Position numbers and translations under genes: made by a program. The notes beneath the pieces were generated by a model that saw only the letters and a program-made list of their open reading frames with translations, searched no databases and was not told the DNA's origin. A stretch of 25,344 bases of DNA from Candidatus Diapherotrites archaeon CG10_big_fil_rev_8_21_14_0_10_31_34. GTDB lineage: Archaea > Iainarchaeota > Iainarchaeia > Iainarchaeales > 1-14-0-10-31-34. Below, piece after piece: positions 1 through 8,390 of this stretch; the stretch's first letter is position 1, and each line of letters opens with the position of its first letter. The DNA lies in the NCBI GenBank assembly GCA_002763225.1, contig PFAI01000021.1:6296-31639 (forward strand), in the 5' to 3' direction.

Positions 1-159
1 CTAAATAATGGTTTTTGAATTTAATAAAGCTTGTCATCCCCTGAATTCAGTCATATTTTGCTTTATAAAAACATTTTTTAGAGACCAAATCCAAAAGCAA
101 AGCTTTTTTAGGTAGTTTTTTCATTATATAAATAATTTTTAAATTATTGAGGTGGATTA

Positions 160-480
160 ATGGTTGAAAAAACGCAAGGAGAACAAAACGAAACTAAAGG
201 TTTACCACAGTCAAAAACTAAATTTTGTTCTGAATGTGGAGAAAAAATTAGTGATAAAGCAATTGCTTGTCCAAAATGTGGAGCAACACAACCTGGAGCA
301 GAAACTTCAGAAAAGAAAAGCAGGACAGTTGCAGTAATTCTTTCAGTTGTTATTCCTGGTACTGGTCAAATGTATGCTGGGGAATTTGGAAAAGGATTAT
401 TGATACTCTGCACTTTTTGGCTTGTAATACCTTATTTTTATGGAATATATGATGCAGCAACAAGAAAAGACCTTAAATAA
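160..480 (+). CDS. Zinc-ribbon plus TM2-like membrane protein
   Basis: FCSECG...CPKCG zinc ribbon, then KSRTVAVILSVVIPGTGQMYAG (TM2-like); GAGGTGG RBS upstream of the ATG. Confidence 0.85.
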   Translation: MVEKTQGEQNETKGLPQSKTKFCSECGEKISDKAIACPKCGATQPGAETSEKKSRTVAVILSVVIPGTGQMYAGEFGKGLLILCTFWLVIPYFYGIYDAATRKDLK

Positions 481-889
481 CTCAATAAAAGAAGCAATAG
501 AATTCCTAAAAGAAAACAAACACTGTCTATTGTCACACCAGTTACCTAAAAACTATGGCAGATGTCTAACAATAAAAGGCATAAAAATTTGTTCAAGATG
601 TTTTGGGTTTTACATAGGCATTTTATCTTTAATAGTAGTTTACAGTTTTATAGTAAATCAACCAATATTTGTTTTAACAGCAGTTCCAGGAACAATAGAA
701 TGGGTATTATATAGATTTAAAAAAATTAGTATTAAACCAAAATTCATTGCAATTAATGGTTTTTTAATGGGATTAACTTATTCTTATTTTTTATTTAACT
801 TCTTAAAATTAAATATAACTCCCTTAATGACAATTTTTTTAGTTTTTTATTCAGCAACGTTTTTAATAACCCTAAAACATTCAAATTAA
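440..889 (+). CDS. DUF2085-like membrane protein (start uncertain)
   Basis: SHQLP...ICSRCFGFYIG resembles the DUF2085 CHQ.P...C.RC.G.Y.G motif; several TM segments follow. Confidence 0.7.
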   Translation: MEYMMQQQEKTLNNSIKEAIEFLKENKHCLLSHQLPKNYGRCLTIKGIKICSRCFGFYIGILSLIVVYSFIVNQPIFVLTAVPGTIEWVLYRFKKISIKPKFIAINGFLMGLTYSYFLFNFLKLNITPLMTIFLVFYSATFLITLKHSN

Positions 890-990
890 AAAATTAGAAT
901 TTTTTTCAATCACTTTAAACCTATTAATTCTAATTAATTTAACTGGCACAATTTTTATTATAAGCCATTTTGAAATTTGAATTTAAGATT

Positions 991-1173
991 TCAAGATTTC
1001 TGTTCAATTGCTTTAATGGTATAATAAAAGCCCAAAAACACAGGGATTACAATCCAATACGCAGCAAAATAAACAATCAAGTCAAAATGGTTGGCTAACA
1101 CAAAACACAAAGTAATCAGTGCTACAGTTACTAACAAAAAATATTGAGCCAAACTTTCCTTTTCAATTAACAT
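991..1173 (-). CDS. Small two-TM membrane protein
   Basis: 60 aa ORF with two hydrophobic segments, in an otherwise gene-free gap. Confidence 0.55.
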   Translation of the reverse strand: MLIEKESLAQYFLLVTVALITLCFVLANHFDLIVYFAAYWIVIPVFLGFYYTIKAIEQKS

Positions 1174-1264
1174 GCTTTAGTCTCTAATATTCTGAACAAA
1201 CCTGTATTTTATTATTTCGTTTAGCCAAAAAGGCAATTTGTTGAACAGGGAATTCAAATAATTA

Positions 1265-1519
1265 TTATTTCATTTGTTTTATTTTTTCAATAATTTTTTT
1301 ACCTTTTTCAGATAGAACATAATGTCTGTAATTGTGTCTTTCCGGGGTAATGCACATCACAAGTTTTCTTTCAAGTAATTTGGACAACGTATTAGAAACG
1401 CTTTGCTGATGCAAATTCAATTCTTTGCCCAATTCAGTAGGTGTTTTAGGAGAATTCAGTTTCTTCAAAATTTGGACTGCAGTTTTACTCTGTTTTAAGA
1501 ATGCAAGGTCTTCCCACAT
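1265..1519 (-). CDS. Winged-helix (MarR/ArsR-like) transcriptional regulator
   Basis: KTPTELGKELNLHQQSVSNTLSKLLERKLV...YVLSEKG wHTH pattern; divergent from the lipoprotein operon. Confidence 0.85.
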   Translation of the reverse strand: MWEDLAFLKQSKTAVQILKKLNSPKTPTELGKELNLHQQSVSNTLSKLLERKLVMCITPERHNYRHYVLSEKGKKIIEKIKQMK

Positions 1520-1539
1520 ATAAAAAGTGTTTACAACCT

Positions 1540-1580
1540 AATAAATAGCACATCACAATCCATTCACAATCGCTTTAAAA
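1540..1580. promoter_or_regulatory. Divergent promoter with a TCACAATC direct-repeat operator candidate
   Basis: TCACAATC at 1553-1560 and 1564-1571 (11-bp period), between a minus-strand TATA-like box (about 1540-1547) and TTTAAAA at 1574-1580. Confidence 0.5.
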
Positions 1581-1632
1581 TGTTTTCTTCCACTATTTTT
1601 AGCATAACTAAATTTATTTAGGAGGAAAGTTT

Positions 1633-2202
1633 ATGAAAAAGTATTTATGTATTGGGCTAGTTCTGTTAATTTTTTTTTCTGGTTGTACTTCAAGGGAAAA
1701 TGTTGCTCCCAATAATACAACAACTCCGACAAATAATGAAACCACAGACAATTCTAATCTACAAAGCAATGAAACCAAGCCAAGCAAATTCCAGATAGGT
1801 CAAACTTTTACAGCAGATGATTTAAAGTTTACTTTGAATTCTGTTGAATTTAAGGATATTATTGAATCAAATGAAGAATACATGTCAGATAAAGAGGCAG
1901 AAGAAGGAAAAACTTTCATGATTGCAGAAATAATTCTTGAAAACATAAGCGAAAGCGATGAATACTTTAGTTCAAGTGATATTAAAGTTTTAGATGAAGA
2001 AGGATTTGCAATTGATTATGAAGCAGGAATAACCTCAATGTATTTAGATGACGGAATATACATTGGAGAAAGCATTCCAGTTGGAGCAAAAAAGAAAGGA
2101 AAAATAATCTGGCAAGTTCCAAAAACCCAAAAACTCACTTTTAGAGTTGAATTAGGTTTTTTGGACAAAAAAGTAGCAGAATATGAAGTTAATGTTGGGT
2201 GA
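1633..2202 (+). CDS. DUF4352-like lipoprotein
   Basis: Lipobox FSGC, Thr/Asn-rich linker, then KIGQTF...GKTFMIAEIILENIS...KKKGKIIWQVP Ig-like pattern; GGAGG RBS. Confidence 0.8.
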   Translation: MKKYLCIGLVLLIFFSGCTSRENVAPNNTTTPTNNETTDNSNLQSNETKPSKFQIGQTFTADDLKFTLNSVEFKDIIESNEEYMSDKEAEEGKTFMIAEIILENISESDEYFSSSDIKVLDEEGFAIDYEAGITSMYLDDGIYIGESIPVGAKKKGKIIWQVPKTQKLTFRVELGFLDKKVAEYEVNVG

Positions 2203-2825
2203 TTTTAATAACTATAAAAAGTCAGCTTGATGCTTTGTCTCCGGGGTCGAAAATACTACTGTATACTTTCTTAGCTTTAGTAATTATATTTTTTATTGGT
2301 TACACTACTGAAAAAGTGACTGATTCAACGGATTACAGCAAAGATTCCAAACATTCTGATTCTACTGAAACTAAATTTGCAACATGCAATCTTGATAAAT
2401 CAGATAAATCTGAAGGAATTATGTGTTTAGGAGAAACAGAAAAACTGTCTATAACAATAATGAAATTTCATCAAATAAGTAATGCGGATATTATGACTGG
2501 TTTAGAGGATTTTCTTGGAAAAGAAACAAAAGAGAACTGGAAAAACGAATATTTTGTAGTGCAGGTAACTAACAATACTCTGAAAACAGAACGATTGGAT
2601 TATTTTTTTCTTAGAAACTTTAAAGTGTTCTCAAACGAAGATGAAGTAGATTTTGAAATGAAAATCTCTGAAGGGGATGGTTACTCAGTAGAAATATTGT
2701 CAGGAGAATCAGTATTTTACTATGCAAAAGCAATTTTGCCAAAAGAAAGAACAATAACAGAAATTCAATATAAAGATTCGTTATCAAGTCCATATCAGCA
2801 AATAATATATGATTTTACTCAATAA
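2199..2825 (+). CDS. Membrane-anchored hypothetical surface protein
   Basis: GTGA overlap with the upstream stop; one N-terminal TM helix, then a beta-rich domain. Confidence 0.7.
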   Translation: MILITIKSQLDALSPGSKILLYTFLALVIIFFIGYTTEKVTDSTDYSKDSKHSDSTETKFATCNLDKSDKSEGIMCLGETEKLSITIMKFHQISNADIMTGLEDFLGKETKENWKNEYFVVQVTNNTLKTERLDYFFLRNFKVFSNEDEVDFEMKISEGDGYSVEILSGESVFYYAKAILPKERTITEIQYKDSLSSPYQQIIYDFTQ

Positions 2826-2842
2826 TTTATGGTGATAGTTAA

Positions 2843-3766
2843 ATGAAAAAGATTTTGTTAATTGGATTGGTTTTTTTAATTGTTCTTTTTGGTTGTGCTT
2901 CTGTAAAGGAAGATTTTTCTTCAAATGATGGATTAAATAATTTGTCAATAGGAACTGAAACAATATCTAAGTTTGAAGTCTGTAAGAAGCATGTTGAAAA
3001 TCCTCTTGAAGATTACATTAAATATGATACTGAATGCGTGTTCAATCTGGCTAAATCAAAGGAAGACTGTCAACAAATAACTAAATTGAAGAGAATTGAA
3101 GGGATAGCTGGATGGGAAGGTGACCAAGTTCAATATTTCAAAGAGTCTGATGTACTAAACTGTATTGAAAAATTAGCGCTAAGAAATAATGACCTTGATT
3201 TATGTGATGAAATAAGCAAAAAAGGATCAGCATTTGTGAAGCAATGCAAAATACAAATAGCAGTGAGTCAAGAAAGTGTTGAATTGTGTTTGGGTATTGA
3301 GTATTCAAAAGAGTGTATTGGAGGAATCATTGGGCAATACAAGTACATGGATTATTGTTCAAATCAAACCAACTTATTCTTCTTACAAGCCTGTATTATG
3401 AAAAAATTGAATTTCAATAGTTCTGAAGAGGTTAAAGAATGGACTGAAAAACTTGGCGAACTTGGAGAAAGCGCTTTTGGAGGAACCAATCCGTTTGCAA
3501 ATAAAGATGAAGACTTTGCTACTGCCGTCCATGCAATAATGGAAGAAGACTTATCTTTATGTGATCAGGCCGGAAGCCAAAGACAGTCTTGTTATATGTC
3601 AATGTTTTATTCAAAATATGAAATGAAGAAAACAGACTGTGAAAAACTAGAAAATCCAAGTAGCTGTTTATATGCACTTTATGTTCAAAATCAAGACATA
3701 CAAGGATGCAATTCTTTAACCAATGAATACCAAAAAGAGAAATGTTTAGAGGAAGTAACTAAATGA
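2843..3766 (+). CDS. Cys-rich helical-repeat lipoprotein
   Basis: Lipobox LFGC; recurrent D.xxC..I....K..C units; GGTGA RBS. Confidence 0.8.
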   Translation: MKKILLIGLVFLIVLFGCASVKEDFSSNDGLNNLSIGTETISKFEVCKKHVENPLEDYIKYDTECVFNLAKSKEDCQQITKLKRIEGIAGWEGDQVQYFKESDVLNCIEKLALRNNDLDLCDEISKKGSAFVKQCKIQIAVSQESVELCLGIEYSKECIGGIIGQYKYMDYCSNQTNLFFLQACIMKKLNFNSSEEVKEWTEKLGELGESAFGGTNPFANKDEDFATAVHAIMEEDLSLCDQAGSQRQSCYMSMFYSKYEMKKTDCEKLENPSSCLYALYVQNQDIQGCNSLTNEYQKEKCLEEVTK

Positions 3767-5418
3767 AGAAATTTTTTGTTTTCTGGTTTGTTTTGATAAT
3801 TTTCTTTTCTAGCGGGTGCACTCAACAAAACCAATGCACTGTAGACAATGACTGTAAAATAGATGATAGTCCTTGCGTCAATTATTTATGCGAATCAGGA
3901 AAATGTTTTTCTACAGCAGTTAACAACGGAGCTAATTGTGGAGAAGGAAAAGAATGTTTTATGGGGGAATGCGTCAAAAAAGAATGTGATGCCCTTGAAT
4001 GTGACCAGAAAGATAAGTTTGATTGCAATGGAACAACAAAGGAAACATACAATTATTCCTGTATAACTGAAGAGTGTAATTATGAATTAGAAATAGATGA
4101 AAATAGTTTTGATTGTGGTTATATTATTCCTTGCATTGAAGAGGACTGTAATTCAAATAATGCTGAAAAGTGTGAAGGAACCACAAAAATAACTGAAACC
4201 TTTTACTGTGACCAAAAAGAAGGATGCACTAAAAAAACTAAAGAAGACACAAATAGCACAGATTGTGGATATAAAGCACCTAACGAACCACGAGAACTTG
4301 GCGAATCAATAATACAAGATAATGAAAAAGTAACTATTTTTTCAGCTACAAAAAAAGACAGTTATAACTGGGTAGGAATTTCGGGCAAAAGTTATACAAA
4401 TTTTGCTGAAAATGGAAAAACATTCTTATTTTTAGATATAGAAATAGAAAATGTTGGAAACTCTTCTTTCTTTGCCTGCCCAAGATTCGATTCAACTATA
4501 AAAGATACGCAAGGGAACAGCTACGACACAAGCACTTATTTAGATACGGGATCATTTGATTGCACAACACTAACTCCAAACACTAAAAAAAGAGGGCTTA
4601 TACTTTTTGAAATTCAAAAGTCAGCGACAGAACTAACTGCAGTTTATGAATTTAGTATCTACAACGACACATTCGGGTATTGGACAATAAGCAAAACAAA
4701 AAGCGAAAACAACCCCCAAATAAACTGTAACTCAGATGAAATAATTAAAGACGGAAAATGCGTGGATTGCGGAAGCGAAGGGCAATCATGTTGTGCAGAT
4801 GGATGTGATTATGGAAAAGAATGTTTTAATGGAATCTGCAAAAGCTGCGGGGGCAACGGAGAACCAGCTTGCCCATCAGATGGATGTGACTACGGTTATG
4901 AGATAATCGGTGGTGCTTGCGTTAAAAAATGTGGAAGTTATGAAATAAGACAAAATGGTGTTTGCATAGAATGTGGCGGGGCTAACCAAATTCCGTGTAC
5001 AAGCGGTTGTGATTACGGGCATGAACTTTTAAATGGAGTTTGCGTTAAAAAATGCGGGTCGTATGAAATAAGACAAAATGGAATTTGCGTTTCTTGCGGT
5101 GGTGCAAATCAAATACCTTGTAGTAATGGTTGTAGATTTGGATATGAGTTATTTGGTGGAATGTGCATTGAGTCCTGTGGGCTGTTTGAAATCAGACAAA
5201 ATGGAAGCTGTGTAGAATGTGGAGATTGGGATCAACCTTGTTGTGAAGATAATAGCTGCTCTTTTGCATATGGAGCAAGCTGTGTAAATGGCGTGTGTCA
5301 AGATAAAGGCTGTGGTGAATTCGGTGAATCTTGTTGCGAGGGGAACACTTGTAATAGCAGCGACTTATATTGTTATGAAGCAGAATACTCAGATAATTTT
5401 TGTTTATTTAAGTCTTAA
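3763..5418 (+). CDS. Cys-rich repeat lipoprotein with a central DUF4352-like domain
   Basis: Lipobox SSGC; Cys-rich N and C regions around GKTFLFLDIEIENVG...KKRGLILFEI; ATGA overlap with the upstream gene. Confidence 0.85.
   Translation: MKKFFVFWFVLIIFFSSGCTQQNQCTVDNDCKIDDSPCVNYLCESGKCFSTAVNNGANCGEGKECFMGECVKKECDALECDQKDKFDCNGTTKETYNYSCITEECNYELEIDENSFDCGYIIPCIEEDCNSNNAEKCEGTTKITETFYCDQKEGCTKKTKEDTNSTDCGYKAPNEPRELGESIIQDNEKVTIFSATKKDSYNWVGISGKSYTNFAENGKTFLFLDIEIENVGNSSFFACPRFDSTIKDTQGNSYDTSTYLDTGSFDCTTLTPNTKKRGLILFEIQKSATELTAVYEFSIYNDTFGYWTISKTKSENNPQINCNSDEIIKDGKCVDCGSEGQSCCADGCDYGKECFNGICKSCGGNGEPACPSDGCDYGYEIIGGACVKKCGSYEIRQNGVCIECGGANQIPCTSGCDYGHELLNGVCVKKCGSYEIRQNGICVSCGGANQIPCSNGCRFGYELFGGMCIESCGLFEIRQNGSCVECGDWDQPCCEDNSCSFAYGASCVNGVCQDKGCGEFGESCCEGNTCNSSDLYCYEAEYSDNFCLFKS
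4930..5244 (+). repeat. Intragenic 123-bp (41-aa) tandem repeat, about 2.5 copies
   Basis: CG(S/L)(Y/F)EIRQNG units start at 4930, 5053 and 5176. Confidence 0.85.
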
Positions 5419-5578
5419 GTTAATTAATTACCTTATTAATAGGCACAATCAAAGCAAATTCATTATTTCTATTGCCATTTTAAATAAATGACGGATTTTA
5501 CGCTTTTTTACTCAAAAAAAGACTCATTTTATGCAGGGGTTTCATTTCAAAAAAGTGTTGCATTTGTTGCTTTTTTCT

Positions 5579-6061
5579 TCACAGTTTTTGGAATTTTTGT
5601 TGATTTTTAATAAAATTCTCCTGGCTTTCAAGTAGTTGTCGTTCTTCATTATCCAAAGCCTCCAATTCTTTAACTAATTCGTCAGTTGAATTAATGACAA
5701 CAGTGTTTTCAGTGCTCAAGTTCTCCAATAACAGTTCATACTTCATTGTGGCCAAAACGTCTGAAATCTTTAGGTCGTCAATCAATTTGTCTCTTTTCAC
5801 TGGATATTGGGTCTTTTCAGCATACAAAGCATAAATTGATTTAATAATAGACAATTGCATTTCCTTGACGCCTTTTGTGGTATTCTGTAAGGCAATTTGG
5901 GCTAATTCCTTACGCCCTTCACTCCAATTATAATTAGCAATCCACTTTTGAATTGTCCTGCTATGCACTCCAACTTCTTCTGCTATTTTTTCTTGCGTTA
6001 AACCAACACAATACAAATGAAATGCTTTAGCTTTTATTTCCCAGTCAATTCTTGCAGGCAT
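5579..6061 (-). CDS. Terminase small subunit-like HTH protein (DUF1804/gpP-N-like)
   Basis: KAKAFHLYCVGLTQEKIAEEVGVHSRTIQKWIANYNW N-terminal HTH typical of TerS-like proteins; helical C-terminal part. Confidence 0.65.
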   Translation of the reverse strand: MPARIDWEIKAKAFHLYCVGLTQEKIAEEVGVHSRTIQKWIANYNWSEGRKELAQIALQNTTKGVKEMQLSIIKSIYALYAEKTQYPVKRDKLIDDLKISDVLATMKYELLLENLSTENTVVINSTDELVKELEALDNEERQLLESQENFIKNQQKFQKL

Positions 6062-6115
6062 TTAATCCCTTTTTTCAATGGCTTCTATTGAATAAACCAT
6101 TTTTACACTTTTCAT
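6062..6115 (-). CDS. Possible 17-aa mini-ORF MKSVKMVYSIEAIEKRD
   Basis: GAGG RBS upstream; its TAA directly abuts the ATG of the terS-like gene; fills the intergenic gap. Confidence 0.35.
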   Translation of the reverse strand: MKSVKMVYSIEAIEKRD

Positions 6116-6125
6116 TTTTGCTTCC

Positions 6126-7781
6126 TCACTCCCCCAGTCCCGTTGGTCCCTTCAGTCCACTCGGTCCAATTTCAGTATATTGGGGCTGATTGGGCTGATT
6201 GGGCTGGTTTGACTGGGAGAGTGTCTGTTGTTTTTCATCTTCAGTTTCTTGAATATAATCAGGCAAATATCTGCGTTTCAGGCGATTCAAAAGCTTTGGC
6301 TCCCAACACAAATAACGAATTTTTTTTCTTTTCTTGCCTTCACGTTCAGTTTCTATTGTTTCCCACACTCTTTTATCTGTAAAACCTAATCCCTTAGCTA
6401 CCTTGCCCAATTTTATTAGGGAAATGCCAGTGCTTTCAGAAACTTCAGAGTACCTTGCTTCTGTTTCATTATTGAATCTATCGTCATCAAAGAAAGCAAT
6501 TAATTGTCCTTCTGGTGTCTGAGAACGAATTTCAATGATTTCTTTTTGGTATTCTTTGGCAAAATTCCAGAACTCTGCTTCCAGTTCAGGAACAGCTTTC
6601 AACAAAACATAAAAAGCAGAAAAAACTTGCTTTAATCTTGGCTCTAACCCTTTAGCTTGGGGTTCTTTGTTTAAATCCAAAACAAGCTCTGGATTTATTT
6701 TTCTCAGGGTCTTAAAACGGAACATTAAAAGTTTTCCTTGAATCTCTTTTTGTTTCTGAAAAAAAGATGGAGGTAAAACGTAAGGAATATCTTTTCTTTC
6801 TGTTTCTTGCATTGTTTCAGTTAAAGTTCTGGCTTCAAGAGCCTTGTCATGAAACTCTCTTCTTCTCGCAAAGATTTTCGGACCAAAAGCATCAAAAAAA
6901 TCTAATTCATTCAAGTTATCGCTATTTGTTCTCACAACAGGTTTTCCTTTTTCAAATCCACCATTCAAAACTTTTGTAATCATTTGGGATTCATCAGATT
7001 TATCTCGATCACATTCTTCAATTATTAATGTGCCTTTCCATTTCTTTTGCAATCTATAAAGCGCTGAAGGAGTTACTGCCCCTGAAATAAAAATCGGTCT
7101 ATAACAAATTCCTCCAACTGAATCAGTCAATCTTGTTTTGCCTTGCCCTGTGTCTCCTTTTGCTGAAAGGTAAGGGATAGTAGTCAGTTTATCAAAAACC
7201 CAAGTTAATAAAACATACAAAGCACAAATAACATACATTATTTCTCTGACATCTAAAACATATTTCAGCATAACTTTAATTTCTTCAAATAATTCTCTAA
7301 CATCATATTCAATTGCCTGCTCTGGCAATCGCACTAATTTTAATTCAAGTTCTTCTCCTTGTAGGGGATAAAACATTTCTCCATTAACTTCAATAAATTC
7401 CTTATATTGAACAGATTCCTCCACATAACAGGCAAAAAAAGAGCCATCTGTTTTTGTTATCTGTTCTACCATAATGTTTTCTAATACTACCCCTGCTAAT
7501 CTCTTTTTTTCTTCTTTCTTTTCTTTTTCAGGCTTATCTGCCTGTTTAACAATTGTTTTTGAATTTATTAATTGAGGAATCCTTAATTGTTCAATTTCTT
7601 TGTTTATTTTGTTTAAGCTAACTCCTTTTTCAACTGCATTCGTTTTAATTGTTGTTAAATCATGTAATGCTGTTTGATTGTCAATATTGACTTGCCCAAC
7701 TATCAGTTCTCCTTCTTCAGAAATTATTTTTGCAGTGAATACTTTTGAATTTTGGCTGGCTACAATAATGAATTCTTTCAT
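6126..7781 (-). CDS. P-loop NTPase, putative replicative helicase of a mobile element (DUF3631-like)
   Basis: Walker A GDTGQGKT, TPSALYR, Walker B LIIEE, FGPKIFA, ALEAR arginine finger; start placed at MKEFIIV (AAGGTG RBS, 1 nt after the upstream stop). Confidence 0.75.
   Translation of the reverse strand: MKEFIIVASQNSKVFTAKIISEEGELIVGQVNIDNQTALHDLTTIKTNAVEKGVSLNKINKEIEQLRIPQLINSKTIVKQADKPEKEKKEEKKRLAGVVLENIMVEQITKTDGSFFACYVEESVQYKEFIEVNGEMFYPLQGEELELKLVRLPEQAIEYDVRELFEEIKVMLKYVLDVREIMYVICALYVLLTWVFDKLTTIPYLSAKGDTGQGKTRLTDSVGGICYRPIFISGAVTPSALYRLQKKWKGTLIIEECDRDKSDESQMITKVLNGGFEKGKPVVRTNSDNLNELDFFDAFGPKIFARRREFHDKALEARTLTETMQETERKDIPYVLPPSFFQKQKEIQGKLLMFRFKTLRKINPELVLDLNKEPQAKGLEPRLKQVFSAFYVLLKAVPELEAEFWNFAKEYQKEIIEIRSQTPEGQLIAFFDDDRFNNETEARYSEVSESTGISLIKLGKVAKGLGFTDKRVWETIETEREGKKRKKIRYLCWEPKLLNRLKRRYLPDYIQETEDEKQQTLSQSNQPNQPNQPQYTEIGPSGLKGPTGLGE
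6135..6217. repeat. Inverted arrays of 9-bp-period iterons, candidate replication origin
   Basis: GTCC at 6137, 6146, 6155, 6164; GGGCTG at 6183, 6192, 6201 and TGACTG at 6210 in the opposite orientation. Confidence 0.65.
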
Positions 7782-7782
7782 T

Positions 7783-8016
7783 TTATGCACCTTGAGTTGC
7801 TGTTTCATTTTTAAAGAAGTTCAGTTCGTGTTGTTGCAGGGGAATTTTTTCTAAAATTTCTAAGATCCTTTGTGCGCTTCCTGATTGTTGAACACAGCAA
7901 CAGCAGACATAATATGTTTTTTGTCCTCCGTGAACAACAAACTTAAATTTTTTTGGCCCTCCGGTTATTCCACAAAGTTCGCAAAACTTAGCTTTTTTAT
8001 TTTTCAAAAGTACCAT
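7783..8016 (-). CDS. Small zinc-finger protein
   Basis: CELC...VCCCC; start placed at MVLLK behind a GAGGT RBS. Confidence 0.65.
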   Translation of the reverse strand: MVLLKNKKAKFCELCGITGGPKKFKFVVHGGQKTYYVCCCCVQQSGSAQRILEILEKIPLQQHELNFFKNETATQGA

Positions 8017-8161
8017 TAATATCAACCTCGTTATTGAAGCCCTTTTGGGCTTCATTTTTTTCAGACAAAATCCTGAACAAAGTGAAATAGTTTATCTGAT
8101 TCTTCTTGCAAACCCTTTCCAAAAATCCTTTGGTCTGACTGAAATTCATTTTTGTTTTCAT
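7997..8161 (-). CDS. Hypothetical 54-aa protein (not in ORF track)
   Basis: MKTKMNFSQTKGFLERVCKKNQINYFTLFRIL...; ATGA-coupled to the upstream RHH gene. Confidence 0.55.
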   Translation of the reverse strand: MKTKMNFSQTKGFLERVCKKNQINYFTLFRILSEKNEAQKGFNNEVDINGTFEK

Positions 8162-8313
8162 TCAGCTTCCCTTTCTTTTTCTTGAATTTTTTTATGTTGT
8201 TTTCTGATAAGAGTTCTTAAAGTTGAAGCTATGTTGTCAGTTTCAAAGAACTCCTTAATTTTAGAAAGCTTTTTTTCATCTTCTTTTGTCATACGAAAGA
8301 ACAAACCTTTCAC
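8158..8313 (-). CDS. Ribbon-helix-helix (CopG-like) regulator, 51 aa (not in ORF track)
   Basis: GTG start after AGGTGA RBS; MKGLFFRMTKEDEKKLSKIKEFFETDNIASTLRTLIRK fits strand-helix-helix. Confidence 0.7.
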   Translation of the reverse strand: MKGLFFRMTKEDEKKLSKIKEFFETDNIASTLRTLIRKQHKKIQEKEREAE

Positions 8314-8348
8314 TTTAATCACCTGATTTTTATCTAAAATAAATCTCG

Positions 8349-8389
8349 GCGATATCGCTTTATAAAAGTTTTATCACAAAAACATGATA
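8349..8389. promoter_or_regulatory. Bidirectional promoter/operator of the element
   Basis: Palindrome GCGATATCGC 8349-8358, palindromic TATA TTTATAAA 8359-8366, TATCA-N8-TGATA 8372-8389. Confidence 0.6.
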
Positions 8390-8390
8390 T

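Noticed and set aside
1..37. Possible minus-strand gene start (MTSFIKFKNHYL) running off the left edge, with TTTATAAA at 62-69
   Set aside because: Only 12 codons visible; cannot be supported.
1..5578. Distal att repeat of the tRNA-Asp 3' end
   Set aside because: No match found by eye; the boundary may be outside the window or eroded.
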